64,000 bases of DNA, from positions 22,196,001 to 22,260,000 of the forward strand of contig OX597831.1 in assembly GCA_951406725.2 (NCBI GenBank), in the 5' to 3' direction. This stretch comes from Octopus vulgaris (Eukaryota). Numbering within the stretch: the stretch's first letter is position 1; the number at the start of each line of letters is the position of its first letter. Below, in pieces: positions 1-12,769 of the stretch. A model generated the notes under the pieces. That model saw only the letters and a program-made list of their open reading frames with translations, was not told the origin of the DNA and searched no databases. Both the position numbers and the translations under genes were made by a program.

Positions 1-45
1 CACACACATACACTCACACACATACACACACACTCACACACACAC

Positions 46-114
<69 letters not shown>

Positions 115-364
115 CTATTGCCTTGGTGCTTCTCTTGTTCATTCTCATATATCTTCAGTTGATCCACTCCCTCTTCTTCTCCCATTCTCACTTGATAGCT
201 ACTTTCTTCGGTACCAAAGTATAAATGTATACACTGCTTTGCCCATATCCCTCTTTCCTTCCTCTTCTTTCTTTCTCTCTTTACAAACATCTTCACCATC
301 AATGTGTTAGTAACGCACGTGCACACTCACACTTGTGTCTATCTATGCCTGTATGTGTCTGTGT

Positions 365-742
365 GGAGGCGCAATGGCCCAGTGGTTAGAGCAGCAGACT
401 CGCAGTCGTAGGATCGCGGTTTCGATTCCCAGACCGGGCATTGTGAGTGTTTATTGAGCGAAAACACCTAAAGCTACACGAGGCTCTGGCAGGGATGGTG
501 GTGATCCCTGCTGTACTCTTTCACCACAACTTTCTCTCACTCTTACTTCCTGTTTCTGTTGCACCTGTATTTCAAAGGGCCGGCCTTGTCACTCTGTGTC
601 ACGCTGAATATCCCCGAGAACTACGTTAAGGGTGCACGTGTCTGTGGAGTGCTCAGCCACTTACACGTTAATTTCACGAGTAGGCTGTTCCGTTGATCGG
701 ATCAACCGGAACCCTTGTCGTCGTAACCGACGGAGTGCTTCC
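365..742 (+). mobile_element. SINE family A (tRNA-Arg-like head), tail type i
   Basis: Head GGAGGCGCAATGGCCCAGTGGTTAG..GGTTTCGATTCCC with A and B boxes. Direct repeat ATGTGTCTGT at 353 and 743. Near-identical to 52061-52442. Confidence 0.85.
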
Positions 743-1007
743 ATGTGTCTGTATGTGCATAAAAGTAATTGAGCAAGCTTCATATGTCACAATACCAAGC
801 ACTCAATATAATGAATATAGATTTAATTTTGCAACCATAGAAACTAATGAAACCACATTATTATTGTGACGTATGCATATATACACAACCCTTTGTTTTT
901 CTCTCTTCACTCTTGTTCCACTCCCAATTTTTTTCTCTTTCAGTTTCACTGTTCACCATCACAATGTATTAAATATCTGTGTCTGTCTCTCTTTCTAACA
1001 ATACCAG

Positions 1008-1124
1008 TTCCTGTAGCCAAGGAGGTGCCCGAGCCGGAACCTGAACAGCCAGCAGAAACAGAGGAAGAGTTCTCTCCCCAAGACAAAGGGATGTGTGTGA
1101 GGGCGTTGTATGACTATCAAGCAG
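1008..1124 (+). CDS. DBNL: Penultimate coding exon of drebrin-like/Abp1 protein (acidic Pro/Glu linker and start of SH3)
   Basis: Pyrimidine tract and CCAG acceptor at 1004-1007 (alternative TAG at 1014-1016). Encodes PVAKEVPEPEPEQPAETEEEFSPQDKGMCVRALYDYQA. Phase-1 donor G|GTTGGT at 1124/1125. ALYDYQA is the SH3 signature. Confidence 0.88.
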
Positions 1125-1509
1125 GTTGGTCTTTTCCTCTCAACTCCCTCTCTTCCTATCTCTCTCTCTCTCTCCTTCCCTCTGTATATGTGTGTGTGAG
1201 TATACACAACAGTCACACACACACACACACATATGAGAAACAGTGTGAGAGGATGAAAACAGCTGTTAGACCTATCTATAAATATTCTAAAAATCTACAC
1301 AGCCTTGGTTTTTTTTTATCTCATTACGAAAAAATACTTTTATATACACACGCTGACATATGACCAACGTTGAACCCTTTATTCGCATAGTCACCAAATC
1401 TGGAACTTAACTATGTTCTATCTATAGCACTTATTCAGCATTACCCGATACCTTTGTGTCTCAACAACACCATTACCTCTCATAACCTCCATATATATAT
1501 ATCATCATC

Positions 1510-1872
1510 ATTATCATCATCGTTTAACGTCTGCTTTCCATGCTAGCATGGGTTGGACAATTTGACTGAGGTCTGGTGAACCAGATGGCTGCACCAGACT
1601 CCAATCTGATCTGGTGGAGTTTCTACAGCTTGATGCCCTTCCTAACGCCAACCACTCCGAGAGTGTAGTGAGTGCTTTTACGTGCCACTGGCATGAGGGC
1701 CAGTCAGGCAGCACTGGCAACGGCCACACTCAAATGGTGTTTTTTATGTGCCACCTGCACAGGAGCCAGTCCAGCGGCACTGGCAATGACCTCACTCGAA
1801 TGTTTTTTCACGTGCCAGTAAGGCGACGCTGGTAACAATCACGCTCAAATGGTGCTTTTTACGTGCCACCTG
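1510..1872 (-). mobile_element. SINE family E in the last DBNL intron
   Basis: Minus strand has GGCGTTAGGAAGGGCATC..CCCATGCTAGCATGGAAAGC.GACGTTAAACGATGATG tail. Related decayed copies lie at about 2900-3005, 3290-3525 and 5850-6025. Confidence 0.7.
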
Positions 1873-2143
1873 CGCACATATATATATATATATATATATG
1901 CTAGCATGGAAAGCAAGAGCATGTGTATAATTCTGGTAGGTGTATTATATGGCTATATTGCATGTACATCCAATATTCCTATGTACCTAAACTTCTTGTT
2001 CTCTCTCCTCCTCTTCATTCCTCTCTCTCTCTTGATATTTTTGTGTGTCTATATATACATATGCACACACATACATCAATGTGTGTATGTGTTGTGACCT
2101 CTGATACTACTTACCTACCTAACTTCCTTTTTTATTCTTCCAG

Positions 2144-2280
2144 CTGATGACACAGAAATTTCTTTCGACCCTGATGACATCATCACCAATGTCGAACAAT
2201 TCGATGAAGGTTGGTGGAATGGTATTTCACCGAGTGGAGAGTATGGAATGTTCCCAGCCAACTATGTAGAGGTTATTTAA
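2144..2280 (+). CDS. DBNL: Terminal coding exon of drebrin-like/Abp1 protein, C-terminal SH3 domain
   Basis: Branch-like CTAAC at 2119-2123, pyrimidine tract and CAG acceptor at 2141-2143. Phase 1 joins the previous exon to give [52 protein letters not shown], closely matching the DBNL/Abp1 SH3 as recalled. Cortactin is the next-best alternative. Too short for the ORF track. Confidence 0.92.
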
Positions 2281-2433
2281 ACCAAACACAACACTTTTCC
2301 ATCTGCAAATGATGATGATGATTATTATGATTAATTTTATTTTTTCTTATTAATATCATCAATATTATTATGCAAAAATCATTATTGTTAATTACCATAT
2401 GATATCATTATTATCATGATCATAATTATTATG

Positions 2434-2466
<33 letters not shown>

Positions 2467-2520
2467 TATAAAATCATGTTATTAAAAGCAGTAGATTTGC
2501 AAAAGCATTGGCGAACATTG

Positions 2521-2526
2521 AATAAA
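2521..2526 (+). promoter_or_regulatory. Candidate proximal polyadenylation signal of the DBNL-like gene
   Basis: AATAAA about 240 nt after the stop codon, followed by T/GT-rich sequence. Confidence 0.5.
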
Positions 2527-3192
2527 ACACCTTGCTGTATTTAGATATTTACCTGCATGTTATGAGTACAGGATTACCCAAGGTCCACTTTCTGCCCACC
2601 AAATTCACTCTCAACACTTTGGTTGGCCTTGAGGCTGTGGCAGAGAGCGCTTCCTTCAGAGTACCCTCTACTATAGCAAACTTCTTAGCCATATCCGTAC
2701 CCCTGTGCCGTGGGTCTGCATCCAGAATCATGAACCATGTCTGTGAAACACAACTAAGGAAGCCTCTTCATAGAAAGAAACATGCTCATTTGTCTGTTTT
2801 ACATCCTTGTTTTCATGCCTGCATGTATTTGAGGAACACATAGTACTGAGGCATTGATTCAAGTATGTATGTATAAATATCCCTGTCTGCTTCTTTGTTC
2901 GATTTACATCTTTTCTTCCGTGCTAGCATTGGTTGGAGGAAAACCTATTTCTAAGGCATCGTTTGACTGCTGGATGCTCTTCCTGTTGCTAACCCTCACC
3001 TGTTTTACAAATGCTGGATTTCTTTTCTTTGTTTTCCCTTTTTTTTTTTTTTTTGCATATATATGCTGTGGTTTTCCAATTCTGTACCCCTGCATTGTTT
3101 AAGGAGTTTGCTAGAGAAGAAATCATTTTAAGCAAGTGCCACCCAAACTTAAGAGTGAATTTGGTAGGCAGATATTGAAAAAGAAACTCATC

Positions 3193-3239
<47 letters not shown>

Positions 3240-4646
3240 CATGTACTTATATATGCATACACACATGTATATATAATGCATGGGCATTTGTGTTTCCTTG
3301 CCTTGGTTCACTCGCTGTCTGTAAACGAGCGTGACTGTCATATTGGCGGTGTCGTTTGTTTTACAATCTTATGTGAAAAAAGGTACAGACATGAGCAAAA
3401 TATTACCATGCTTCGAAACAGATGAAGATTGGCAGCAGATGGAGCCTTGGTCCTTAAAAAATTTGCCGCATTGAATTTTGCCTGACCTGTGCAAGCATGA
3501 CAGAGCAGATGTTGAAATGATGACAGCAATGCATGTCTCCCTTTCTTACTCTGGAAAAAATCTCTCTGAAAATATGACACAAAGGTGGTGCTCCAGCATA
3601 GCCACAGTCAAATGACCGAAACAAGTAAAAGAGTACGAACTCTGTGATTTACATTAAGTCAACCAAACAGAACCCGTCTAATTCCTCTCCTGGCTATGCA
3701 AACAGACCAACAGAAGAAACAACAGTGTTGGTCTCACTCCTTGTATGCTAACGAAGCATTTGTTGATTCTGCTGTGCTCCCACTGACTGCTGCAATTATC
3801 TTCGTACTCCCCGGCACCACTTCTGTTTGGTCTCTTTTCACAACTATTATAATGTTGGCAGAGTTGGTGGGGCATCAAACATAATGCCTTGTGGTATTTA
3901 TGCTTGACTCTTTGCATTCCGAGTTCAAATTTTACCAGGGAATGCCAAGTACTGGTCAGATACTGGGGTTCTTCCCAAAATTTGAGATGTTGCCATATAA
4001 AAATAAATCAGTATTACAATCTAAATGCTGTTCTTTATAAGTAGGATTTGAGAAGTATGCCCTTCTGCTACCCTTCTGCAGTATCTATTTACAGTTAAGC
4101 AGACTGTTCATTTGATAGTTTTGTGTTCCAGCTGTTGGGTTCGGTGCCCCCTTGTGACAGCTTAAAAATGTGTGTAAACCTTTGCAGTACGCAGCGCTGT
4201 ACCGACTGCATCATCTATGACTCCTGTTACCTTTCGTTAAATACATTTATTTGCAGCTGTTCCTGTGGCACCTGTAGAGAATTAGTTTCAAAAACTGAGT
4301 CAAAGAAGTACAGCTCCATGGGTCCACAATTCTTCGGAAACACACTTTTCCTGCCATGCTTATATTTGCCTGTGCGCACACATGCACGCACACATGCACA
4401 CACAGACACATACTCTGGTAGCCATCTTGGACATCCCCTGTACCTCTCCTGTCATTGGGATTCTTATCAGTCTGACAAGAAGGGATTCATTAGGGGCCTT
4501 GAAACTTGAAGTAGCACAGTATCCAAATCAAACGGTTTTGAAAAGTACACGCAAACCAATAAATGTGCTGAGTGCCCTTTCTTTCATTTGACCACTCATA
4601 TATATGTATGTATGTGCATGTGTGTGTGTATGTATGTATGTATGTA

Positions 4647-4871
4647 TGGCATTCAACACATTTAGTAAGATTTACATATTATTTTTAGTAATAGTTTCAC
4701 TCTAAGTTTTGTGGGTGCATAAGACGGACACATCTGATCAGCTACCTGGAGATTCTTCTCCCGATGTCTGTTGAGACAGATCCATCCTATACGCACATGA
4801 AACTTAGAGTGAGCCGAGTGAAACTATTATTAAAGAATATATTTAACTCCCACCAAATGTGTTGATTGCCA
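4647..4871. repeat. Imperfect fold-back repeat
   Basis: TGGCATTCAACACATTT..ATAGTTTCACTC / GAGTGAAACTAT..AAATGTGTTGATTGCCA. Confidence 0.7.
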
Positions 4872-4889
4872 CTTTCTTTTGTATGTCCA

Positions 4890-4949
<60 letters not shown>

Positions 4950-5048
4950 AAGTAATCAGTAATTTCGGAATAGCTAAGATTTTTTGACTGCTATTTCTAA
5001 ACTTCGGTATGTGGTGAAGCAAATCTCTGCTGAACCCTAATTATAAAG

Positions 5049-5080
<32 letters not shown>

Positions 5081-5150
5081 CACACACACACACACACATA
5101 TGCGCAGAGAAAGAGTGTGTGTTGAAGTGATGTACAGATACAGTATTGTA

Positions 5151-5292
5151 TATTAAGGAAAAGGAAGTAGTCAGAATTTTGGATAATTCTTTATTCAGTG
5201 TTTTCATCCATTAACGAGGACTTAAATCTTCACGAATGAACAAAAGCACTAAGGAAGTATTCGAAATTCTGACTGCTTCCTTTTTCTTATAA

Positions 5293-5294
<2 letters not shown>
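5151..5294. repeat. Imperfect fold-back repeat
   Basis: AAGGAAGTAGTCAGAATTT / AAATTCTGACTGCTTCCTT. Confidence 0.7.
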
Positions 5295-5325
<31 letters not shown>

Positions 5326-5498
5326 CCATGGCTTTATGGTTAAGAAGTTCATTTCCTGCCTGCGTGGTTTCAAGCTCAGTCTTGCCCTGTATGGTACCTT
5401 GGGCAAGAGTCTTCTACTATGATTCTAGGCTAACTAAGGCCTTGTGAGTGAATTTAATTAATGGAAACTGAAAGAAGCTTGTCCTATATATGTATGTG

Positions 5499-5534
<36 letters not shown>

Positions 5535-5544
5535 TTTGAGTGTG

Positions 5545-5772
5545 GTCAGCTGGCAGAAACGTTAGCATGCCAGGCGAAATACCTTGTGGTACTTTGTCTG
5601 CTGTTACGTTCTGAGTTCAAATTCCGCTGAGGTCTACTTGGCCTTTCATCCTTTTCAGGGTTGATTAAATAAGTACCAGTTATGCACTGGGGGTCGATGT
5701 AATCGACTTAATCCCGTTGTCTGTCCTTGTTTATCCCCTCTGTGTTTATTCCCCTGTGGGCAATAAAGAAAT
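5545..5772 (+). mobile_element. SINE family B, CpG-decayed
   Basis: GCTGGCAGAAACGTTAGC..TGAGTTCAAATTCC..GCCTTTCATCC..AAGTACCAG..AAAGAAATA. Confidence 0.8.
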
Positions 5773-6588
5773 ATATATATATATATATATATATTTATAT
5801 TTATGTGTTTGTGTGTGCTCTTAATATGTACTAATTGTAAATATCACTGTCACACAAAAGCTGTTGCTTGCTATCTTCTGTGAAAACATGCCTGGCCATT
5901 GTGCTGTTTGCTTGAAAATAGATGAGGGTTGGCAACAGGGAGAGCATCCAGCGATGTAAAATCTGCCTCGGGGAATTTTGTCAGAGCCATGCAAGCGTGG
6001 TAAAGTGGACATTACAGCAACAGTGGTGTCAATTGTTTTTAAATGTTCCATGTGCTCCACATGTCTGTCCACATCTACCGCGTTATATGGGTTCTTAGGA
6101 TGGCTGTCATGGTGGACTACACTCCACGAGAAAGGGTTGCCAGCCCCTAGCTAAATCCTCCCCTATATGTTGGAGGGGTAGGGACACAGTAAGTGGTCCT
6201 AACGACTCTCTAGAAACATGGTTGAAGCAGTTCTGAGAGAGGAAGAGCAGAATCGAACAGAATGTTACTGACCCCGAAACAGATGGAAAGAAAAGTTGTC
6301 TTCAGCAAAGTTTCAACTCATCAAAATGCACCTTGCTGGAAAATAACGCAAGCCAAGTGTCTGCTGCTCTAACAATGCTTCTAATTGACTGCTCTGTGTA
6401 TCAAATTTACATGCACACATACATACATATATTTACATACATATATACATACACTCATACAAATTTGCAACAGCCCCATAACTAACATCTCAGCTATAAC
6501 CTTGGAGCCCTAGTAATCTGTTACAACACTTACCTTGCATACCTAATTGTTTAGATCACCTGTGAACTAAACCCCCATACTTATACAT

Positions 6589-6627
<39 letters not shown>

Positions 6628-7089
6628 TGCATACACTCACACACACATACATTACTTGAAGCCGATGATGCACTTTGTCTTTGTGCATTTATATATACAC
6701 ACATATATATATATATGTGTGTGTGTGTATATATATATGTGTGTGTATGTATATATATATGTGTATATATATATATATAAAAAGCATGAACCTCATATCA
6801 CTCTCACTCTCTCTGTTATATATATATATATATATATAAACTTACCTGAATAATATATACACTTGAACAAAACAATAATATCAGTAAAAATTTTCCTCTC
6901 CGAACAAAACCTTCACATTTTTTCATTTTGTTCATTTTAATTAATTTTAAAATTATTGGGTTTTCTTATTTTCCTCCTCTCTTCATCCCCACCTCTATCT
7001 AGCTGTTGTTTTTTTTTTACCTTAATTTATATATTATGTTCTAAAATTGTATTATTTAAAAAAAAAGATTTATTATGATTGTTATTGCT

Positions 7090-7967
7090 GTTGTTTGTTG
7101 TTGAGTTCAAATCCCATCAGGGGTCGACTTTGCCTTTCATCTTCCAGGGGTCTTCTACTGGCGCCAGTATAATCATCAGTTCCTAACCTCAAAATTTCTG
7201 GCCTTGTTCCTCTGTAAGGAATCATCATCATCATTATTATTATTTTATTATTTTATTATTATGATGAAGGTACTGAGCTGATTGAATCGTGTGTCAGAAA
7301 AAAAATGCCTTGTATTTTTCCCCAGACCTTTATATTCTGAGTTCAAATCCTGTCAAAGTCAGCTTCACCTTTCATCCCTCTGGCACTCTGGAGCCGATAA
7401 AATAAAGCACCCAACAAATACTGGGCTTGATGCAGTCCACTTGCTCCTACCTTCCCTCCAAAAATTTCAAGCCCTTTTGCTTCTAGTAGAAAGAATCCTT
7501 CTTCTTATTATTATTAAGGTGGTGTGAGCTGGCAGAATTGTTAGCACACCAGGCAAAATGCTGCTGAGCGTTTTGCCCATCTTTGCGTCCCATGTTCAAA
7601 TTATGCCGAGGATTGACTTCACCTTTCACCCTTTTTACTCTCAATAAGTACTAGTTGGGTACTGGGGTCAATGGAATTGACTTACCCCTTCCCTCGAGAC
7701 CGCTGGCTTTATGCCAAAATTTGAAATCATGAATATTATTATTATTATTATTAACATGCAAGCAGTGGGCTAGCAGAATCATTAAAATTTTAGGGGAAAA
7801 ATGCTTTATGGCATTCATTCTGGGTTCAAATTCTACTGGGGTCAACTATGCCTATTATACTTTTGGGGTCCGATGAAATGAAGTACCAGTCAAATACTGG
7901 GAATAATGGTATTAAAGAACCCTCTTCCACTCAAAATTAATGGGTTTTTATGCCTAAATCAGAAATG

Positions 7968-7999
<32 letters not shown>

Positions 8000-9225
8000 C
8001 ATTATTATTATTATTATTAAGGTGTTAAGCTGGCAGCATTGTTAGCACGCCCGATGAAATGCTTGGTGGTATTTTACTTGTCTGCCGTTATGTTCTGAGT
8101 TCAAATTCCACCGAGGTCAACTTTGCCTTTCATCCTTTCGGGGTCGATGAAATAAGTACAGTTACGCACTGGGGTCGATATGATCGATTTAATCGTTTGT
8201 CTGTCCTTGTTCGTCCTCTCTGTGTTTAGCCCCTTGTGGGTAGTAAAGAAATAGGTATTTTACCTGTTGCTGCATTCTGAGTTCAAATACCACCAAGGTC
8301 GATTTTTGCCTTTCATCCTTTTGGAGTTGATAAATTAAGTACCAGTGAAACACTGGGGTTGATGGAATTGACTTATCCCTTCCTCCAAAATGGCTGCTCT
8401 TGTGGCAAAATTTGAAATTATTATTATTACTATTATTATTATCATTATTAGGGTGTTGGATTGACAGATTCATAAATAAAAGCATTGAACAAAATGCTTT
8501 GTGTCCTCATATCACGATCATTACGATCACTTTCAACTGCCTTTTTGTAGGTCATTTCTGGTGGTTTATCTTATTTTGAGTTCAATTCCTACCTAGACCA
8601 ACTTGACCATTTTTCTTTCCAGGGTTAATAAGATAAAGTACTAGTCTAGTACTTGACTGATATAATCGACTACTGCCTCCCTGCAAACTTCTGGCTTTGT
8701 GCCTATATAAAAAAATTATTGCTATTTTTATGGTGATGGGGTGATGGAATATGTAGAACGTCGCTTAAAATACTTGATGTTTAGTTACATCTGTTTATAC
8801 TCTAAGCTCTAACCCTTCTGGGTTGACTATGCTTTTAAATTTTTAGAGTTGGTAAATCATAGAACCAGTCAATTATTGGGATTGATATAATCAACTTTAT
8901 TCTTCAACTTTTAACCTCTAAAAAAAAAAAAAAACTTTGGGACTTTGTGCCCCATGTTAGAAACAGGTTATCATCATTACTATGGCGGCAAGCTAGCAGA
9001 AACATTAGCACGCTGGGCGAAATGCTTAGGAGTATTTCGTCTGTCTTTACATTCTGGGTTCAAATTACGCCGAGGTCGACTTTGCCTTTTATCCTTTAAG
9101 GGTCGATAAATTAAGTACCAGTTGCATTCTGGGGTCGATCTAATCGACTGCCCCCCCCCCCCTTCCCTCAAAATTTCAAGCCTTGTGCATAGAGTAAAAA
9201 ACGAATATTATTATTAATATTATTA

Positions 9226-9259
<34 letters not shown>

Positions 9260-9700
9260 GGTGGTGAGCTGGCAGAATCATTAGCATGCTGGGCAAAATG
9301 CTAAGTGGCATTATTTTGTCTCTCTTCATGCTCTGGGTTCAAATTCCACCGAGGTCGACTTTGCCTTTCATCCTTTCGGGGGGTTGATAAATTCAAGTAC
9401 CACTTCCACACTGGGGTCAGTGTAATTAACTAAGTCTCCTCCCCAACAAAATTTCAGACTTAGTAACCTTTAGTAGAAAGGATTATCATTATTAATTAAA
9501 GGTGGTGATCTGTCAGAATTTGTTAGAAGCTGGACAAAATGCTTAGCAGTAATTCTTTCTGCGTTCGACTTCCACCAAGGTCATCTTTCATCCTTTCGGG
9601 GTCAATAAAACCAGTACCAGCTGTTAACTGGGGTTGATATAATCACAATCAACTAGTTCCTTCCCCACAGATATTTCAAGCCTTCTGCCTATTCTAGAAA
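7090..9700 (+). mobile_element. Array of more than ten co-oriented SINE-B copies separated by (TTA)n
   Basis: Recurrent GAGTTCAAAT..CTTTCATCC..AAGTACCAG..CTGGGGT modules, all on the + strand. Confidence 0.85.
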
Positions 9701-9739
9701 AGATTTATATCATTATTATTATTACCATTATTATTATTA

Positions 9740-9776
<37 letters not shown>

Positions 9777-9996
9777 TACTACTACTACTGCTATTACAAT
9801 AATTACCAAATTCTTTTTGGAGCCTACTTATTTCTGTTAGAATTCGATCGAAATACTTGGATTAATAATCAAATCAATTTTATTAATTTGAATTTGGTTT
9901 CATTTGTAACTTTTTTTTTTTTTTGTTTTCAACAAATTTTTTTTCTCTTATTTCAAAACAAACAAAAAAATAATGGAATGTAAAAAAAAATGAATG

Positions 9997-10080
9997 AATA
10001 AATAAATAAATGTTAAAAAATAAAATAAAATAAAATAAAATGATTAATGTTACATTTGTCTGTTTTTATTTATTTTTGAC
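9997..10080 (+). promoter_or_regulatory. Candidate distal polyadenylation region
   Basis: Cluster of AATAAA hexamers (9997-10040) preceded by U-rich tracts and followed by TTTGTCTGTTTTT. Confidence 0.3.
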
Positions 10081-10270
10081 TATTGTAACTGATTAGCATT
10101 GAAACCGGGCCACATCCAGCCAAATTACTCTACCTGTTTTATGTTCAAACCAGCCTCTGTCATCCTTTAAGGGTCGATAAATTAAGTACCAGTTGCATAC
10201 TGGGGTCGATCTAATCGACTGCCCCCCCTCCCCCAAAATTTCAAGCCTTGTGCATAAGAGTAAAAACGAA

Positions 10271-10306
<36 letters not shown>

Positions 10307-10647
10307 GGTGGTGAGCTGGCAGAATCAAAGAATAAAAGAGTAACCTAGTGGTTCGGCAAAAGCGACCAATAGAATAAGTACTAAGCTTACAAAGATTAAG
10401 TTCTGGGGGTGATTTGTTTGACTAAAGGTAGTGCTCCAGCATGGCTGCAGTTAAATGACTGAAAGAAATAAAAGAATAAAAAAGTAGACCTACAATGGGT
10501 TGGGGGACAGTTCTGGCATCACCTTTACAATCATCCTTACATCCTTGACCAATTCTAAAAATGGCCTACTCATCTGTTCAACATGATGTCACTCCTATGG
10601 TAGCCATGAGCAAACCACAGCCCATGAGACTTTCAGTATAGCATGCT

Positions 10648-11020
10648 GAGTGGCTGTGTGGTAAGTAGCTTGCTAACCAACCACATGGTTCTGGGTTCAG
10701 TCCCACTGCGTGGCATCTTGGGCAAGTGTCTTCTGCTATAGCCTCAGGCCAACCAAAACCTTGTGAGTGAATTTGGTAGACGGAAACTGAAAGAAGCCTG
10801 TCGTATATATGTATATGTATGTGTCTGTGTTTGTCTCCCTAGCATTGCTTGACAACCGATGCTGGTGTGTTTACGTCCCCGTTACTTAGCGGTTCGGCAA
10901 AAGAGACCGATAGAATAAGTACTGGGCTTACAAAGAATATGTCCCGGGGTCGATTTGCTTGACTAAAGGCGGTGCTCCAGCATGGCCGCAGTCAAATGAC
11001 TGAAACAAGTAAAAGAGTAA
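10648..11020 (+). mobile_element. SINE family C (CORE-like TTGGGCAAGTG motif, internal (TA)/(TG) tract)
   Basis: tRNA-like head GTGGCTGTGTGGTAAG..GGGTTCAGTCCC. Tail GGCGGTGCTCCAGCATGGCCGCAGTCAAATGACTGAAAC. Confidence 0.85.
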
Positions 11021-11175
11021 TAAAAAAATTACCTTAAATTTTCTTGTATTAGTGCAGCTTGCTTTGATGGTTGTCCATGCCTGGTCTAACATCTACAACT
11101 GCTGCTGCTGGTTGTTGTTGTTGTTGTTAAGCAACAAGACGGGTAAGGGTGATTAGGTGATGGTCTAGGGCTTAG

Positions 11176-11279
11176 GGGCGGGAGACCCCAGACCTTAGGA
11201 AAAAAAAAAAACTTTGGTCGTCTTGTAGGGGCGGGAGACCCCAGACCTTAGGAAAAAAAAAAGACTTTGCTCGTCTTGT
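11176..11279. repeat. Tandem duplication of about 52 bp containing an A-run
   Basis: AGGGGCGGGAGACCCCAGACCTTAGG(A)n..CTTTG.TCGTCTTGT twice. Confidence 0.8.
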
Positions 11280-11796
11280 TGTAGTCGAGGGCTCTTCGTT
11301 GACGCCCGACACCACTGGGAGGTGGCCCTCGAATTTGCTGGAAATGGAGATCTCCAGGTCCAAATTCTTGAGCGGCTGTTGCTGCTAGTGGTGGTGCTAC
11401 TTCAGTATGGATGAAGGGTTTCAGAAATTTACTTCACAACTACAAAGTCCCTGGTTTGATTCTACTGTATGGTGTCCATAGCACTGGATACACTTATACT
11501 TCATAAATATAATTGGCTTGAGGGTAACTGAGCAAGGCATAGCATTTCCTTTTGCACCAGTCTACCCAGCTGTAAATGAGTACCACCTGGCTACTGGGAG
11601 TTAATGTCACATCCTTACTGTTTGGCTGGGAAAGTGCCTGTATCTTCTCACAACTGAAAGGTTCCAAAACCAAATACTGAAAGAATTGTAGATTCTACCT
11701 GGTAGTAATAACTCTTGCTCCTGGGGTATAACTTGGGATATAATTTATATGCTATAATAAGACAAAGTATATATATATATATAAACACACACACAC

Positions 11797-11831
<35 letters not shown>

Positions 11832-11834
<3 letters not shown>

Positions 11835-11971
11835 CGGGAAGGGTTATGAAAATAAATAAAAGACGAAGGCAGGTGGAGTACAAACAAACAAACAAATGTA
11901 TTAGTATGGCGCTCAGGAATAGAAATAGAACAATTTTTTTACGTTTCGAGCCTACGCTCTTCGACAGAAAG
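11832..11971 (-). mobile_element. Family D short element with variant hammerhead (11937-11970)
   Basis: Reverse-complement homolog of 63226-63352, flanked by (TA)n on both sides. Confidence 0.6.
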
Positions 11972-12023
11972 ATATATATATATATATTACACGCGCACTC
12001 GTAAATCACTCCACAGTGTACTG

Positions 12024-12170
12024 GGTGCTTTTTAAGTGGCACCAGCACCAGTGTTTTTTATGTGGCACCATCATCAGTGCTTTTTAAGTGGCACCAGCAT
12101 CAGTATTTTTGAAGTGGCACCAGCACCAGTGCTTTTTTAAGTGGGACCATCATCAGTGCTTTTTAAGTTG
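12024..12170. repeat. About 26-bp minisatellite (5-6 units)
   Basis: Unit GTGCTTTTTAAGTGGCACCAGCACCA; resembles the internal sub-repeat of SINE E. Confidence 0.75.
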
Positions 12171-12769
12171 CTCCAAACAGGTGAGGGTTAGCAACAGGAA
12201 GAGCATCCTGCTGTCAAACGATGCCTTAGAAATAGGTTTTCCTCCAACCAATGCTAGCACAGAAGAAAGGATGTAAATCGAACAAAGAAGCAGACAGAGA
12301 TATTTATACGTACATACTTGAATCAATGCCTCAGTACTATGTGTTCCTCAAATACATGCCGGCATGAAAACAAAGATGTAAAATATTATTTTATTATTAT
12401 GATGAAGGCACTGAACTGATAGAATCATACGTGTCAGAAAAAAAATGCCTTGTATTTTTCCCCAGACCTTTATATTCTGAGTTCAAATCCTGTCAAAGTC
12501 AGCTTCACCTTTCATCCCTCTGGCACTCTGGAGCCGATAAAATAAAGCACCCAGCAAGTACTGGGCTTGATGCAGTCCACTTGCTCCTGCCTTCCCTCCA
12601 AAAATTTCAAGCCCTTTTGCTTTTAGTAGAAAGAATCCTCCTTCTTCTTATTATTATTAAGGTGGTGTGAGCTGGCAGAATTGTTAGCACACCAGGCAAA
12701 CTTGGCACAAACTTGGACAGTATGCAGAACGATGGAGATGAAAGAAGCCTTTCAGATACGGATATTTTG

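Noticed and set aside
365-440. tRNA-like heads of SINEs A, C and F and at 15960 as real tRNA genes
   Set aside because: Acceptor stems do not close and each continues into a repeat body.
447-629. Repeated ORFs (MFIERKHLKL.., [15 protein letters not shown].., RRNLNSE..) suggesting a gene family
   Set aside because: They are translations of SINE families A, C and B.
866-1363. 165-aa ORF as a complete protein
   Set aside because: Only 1008-1124 is exon-like; the rest is intron read-through.
2144-2180. CTGATGA..GAAA hammerhead-like words
   Set aside because: They lie in the SH3 exon (Ala-Asp-Asp and Pro-Asp-Asp codons) and have no stems.
11280-11380. GC-rich coding-like segment (LDLEISISSKFEGHLPVVSG on the minus strand)
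   Set aside because: Probably a retroelement scrap, but no diagnostic motif is recognised.
12024-12170. Short regularly spaced repeats (also 20145-21065) as a CRISPR-like array
   Set aside because: No unique spacers, eukaryotic context, and the units are explained by SINE sub-sequences.
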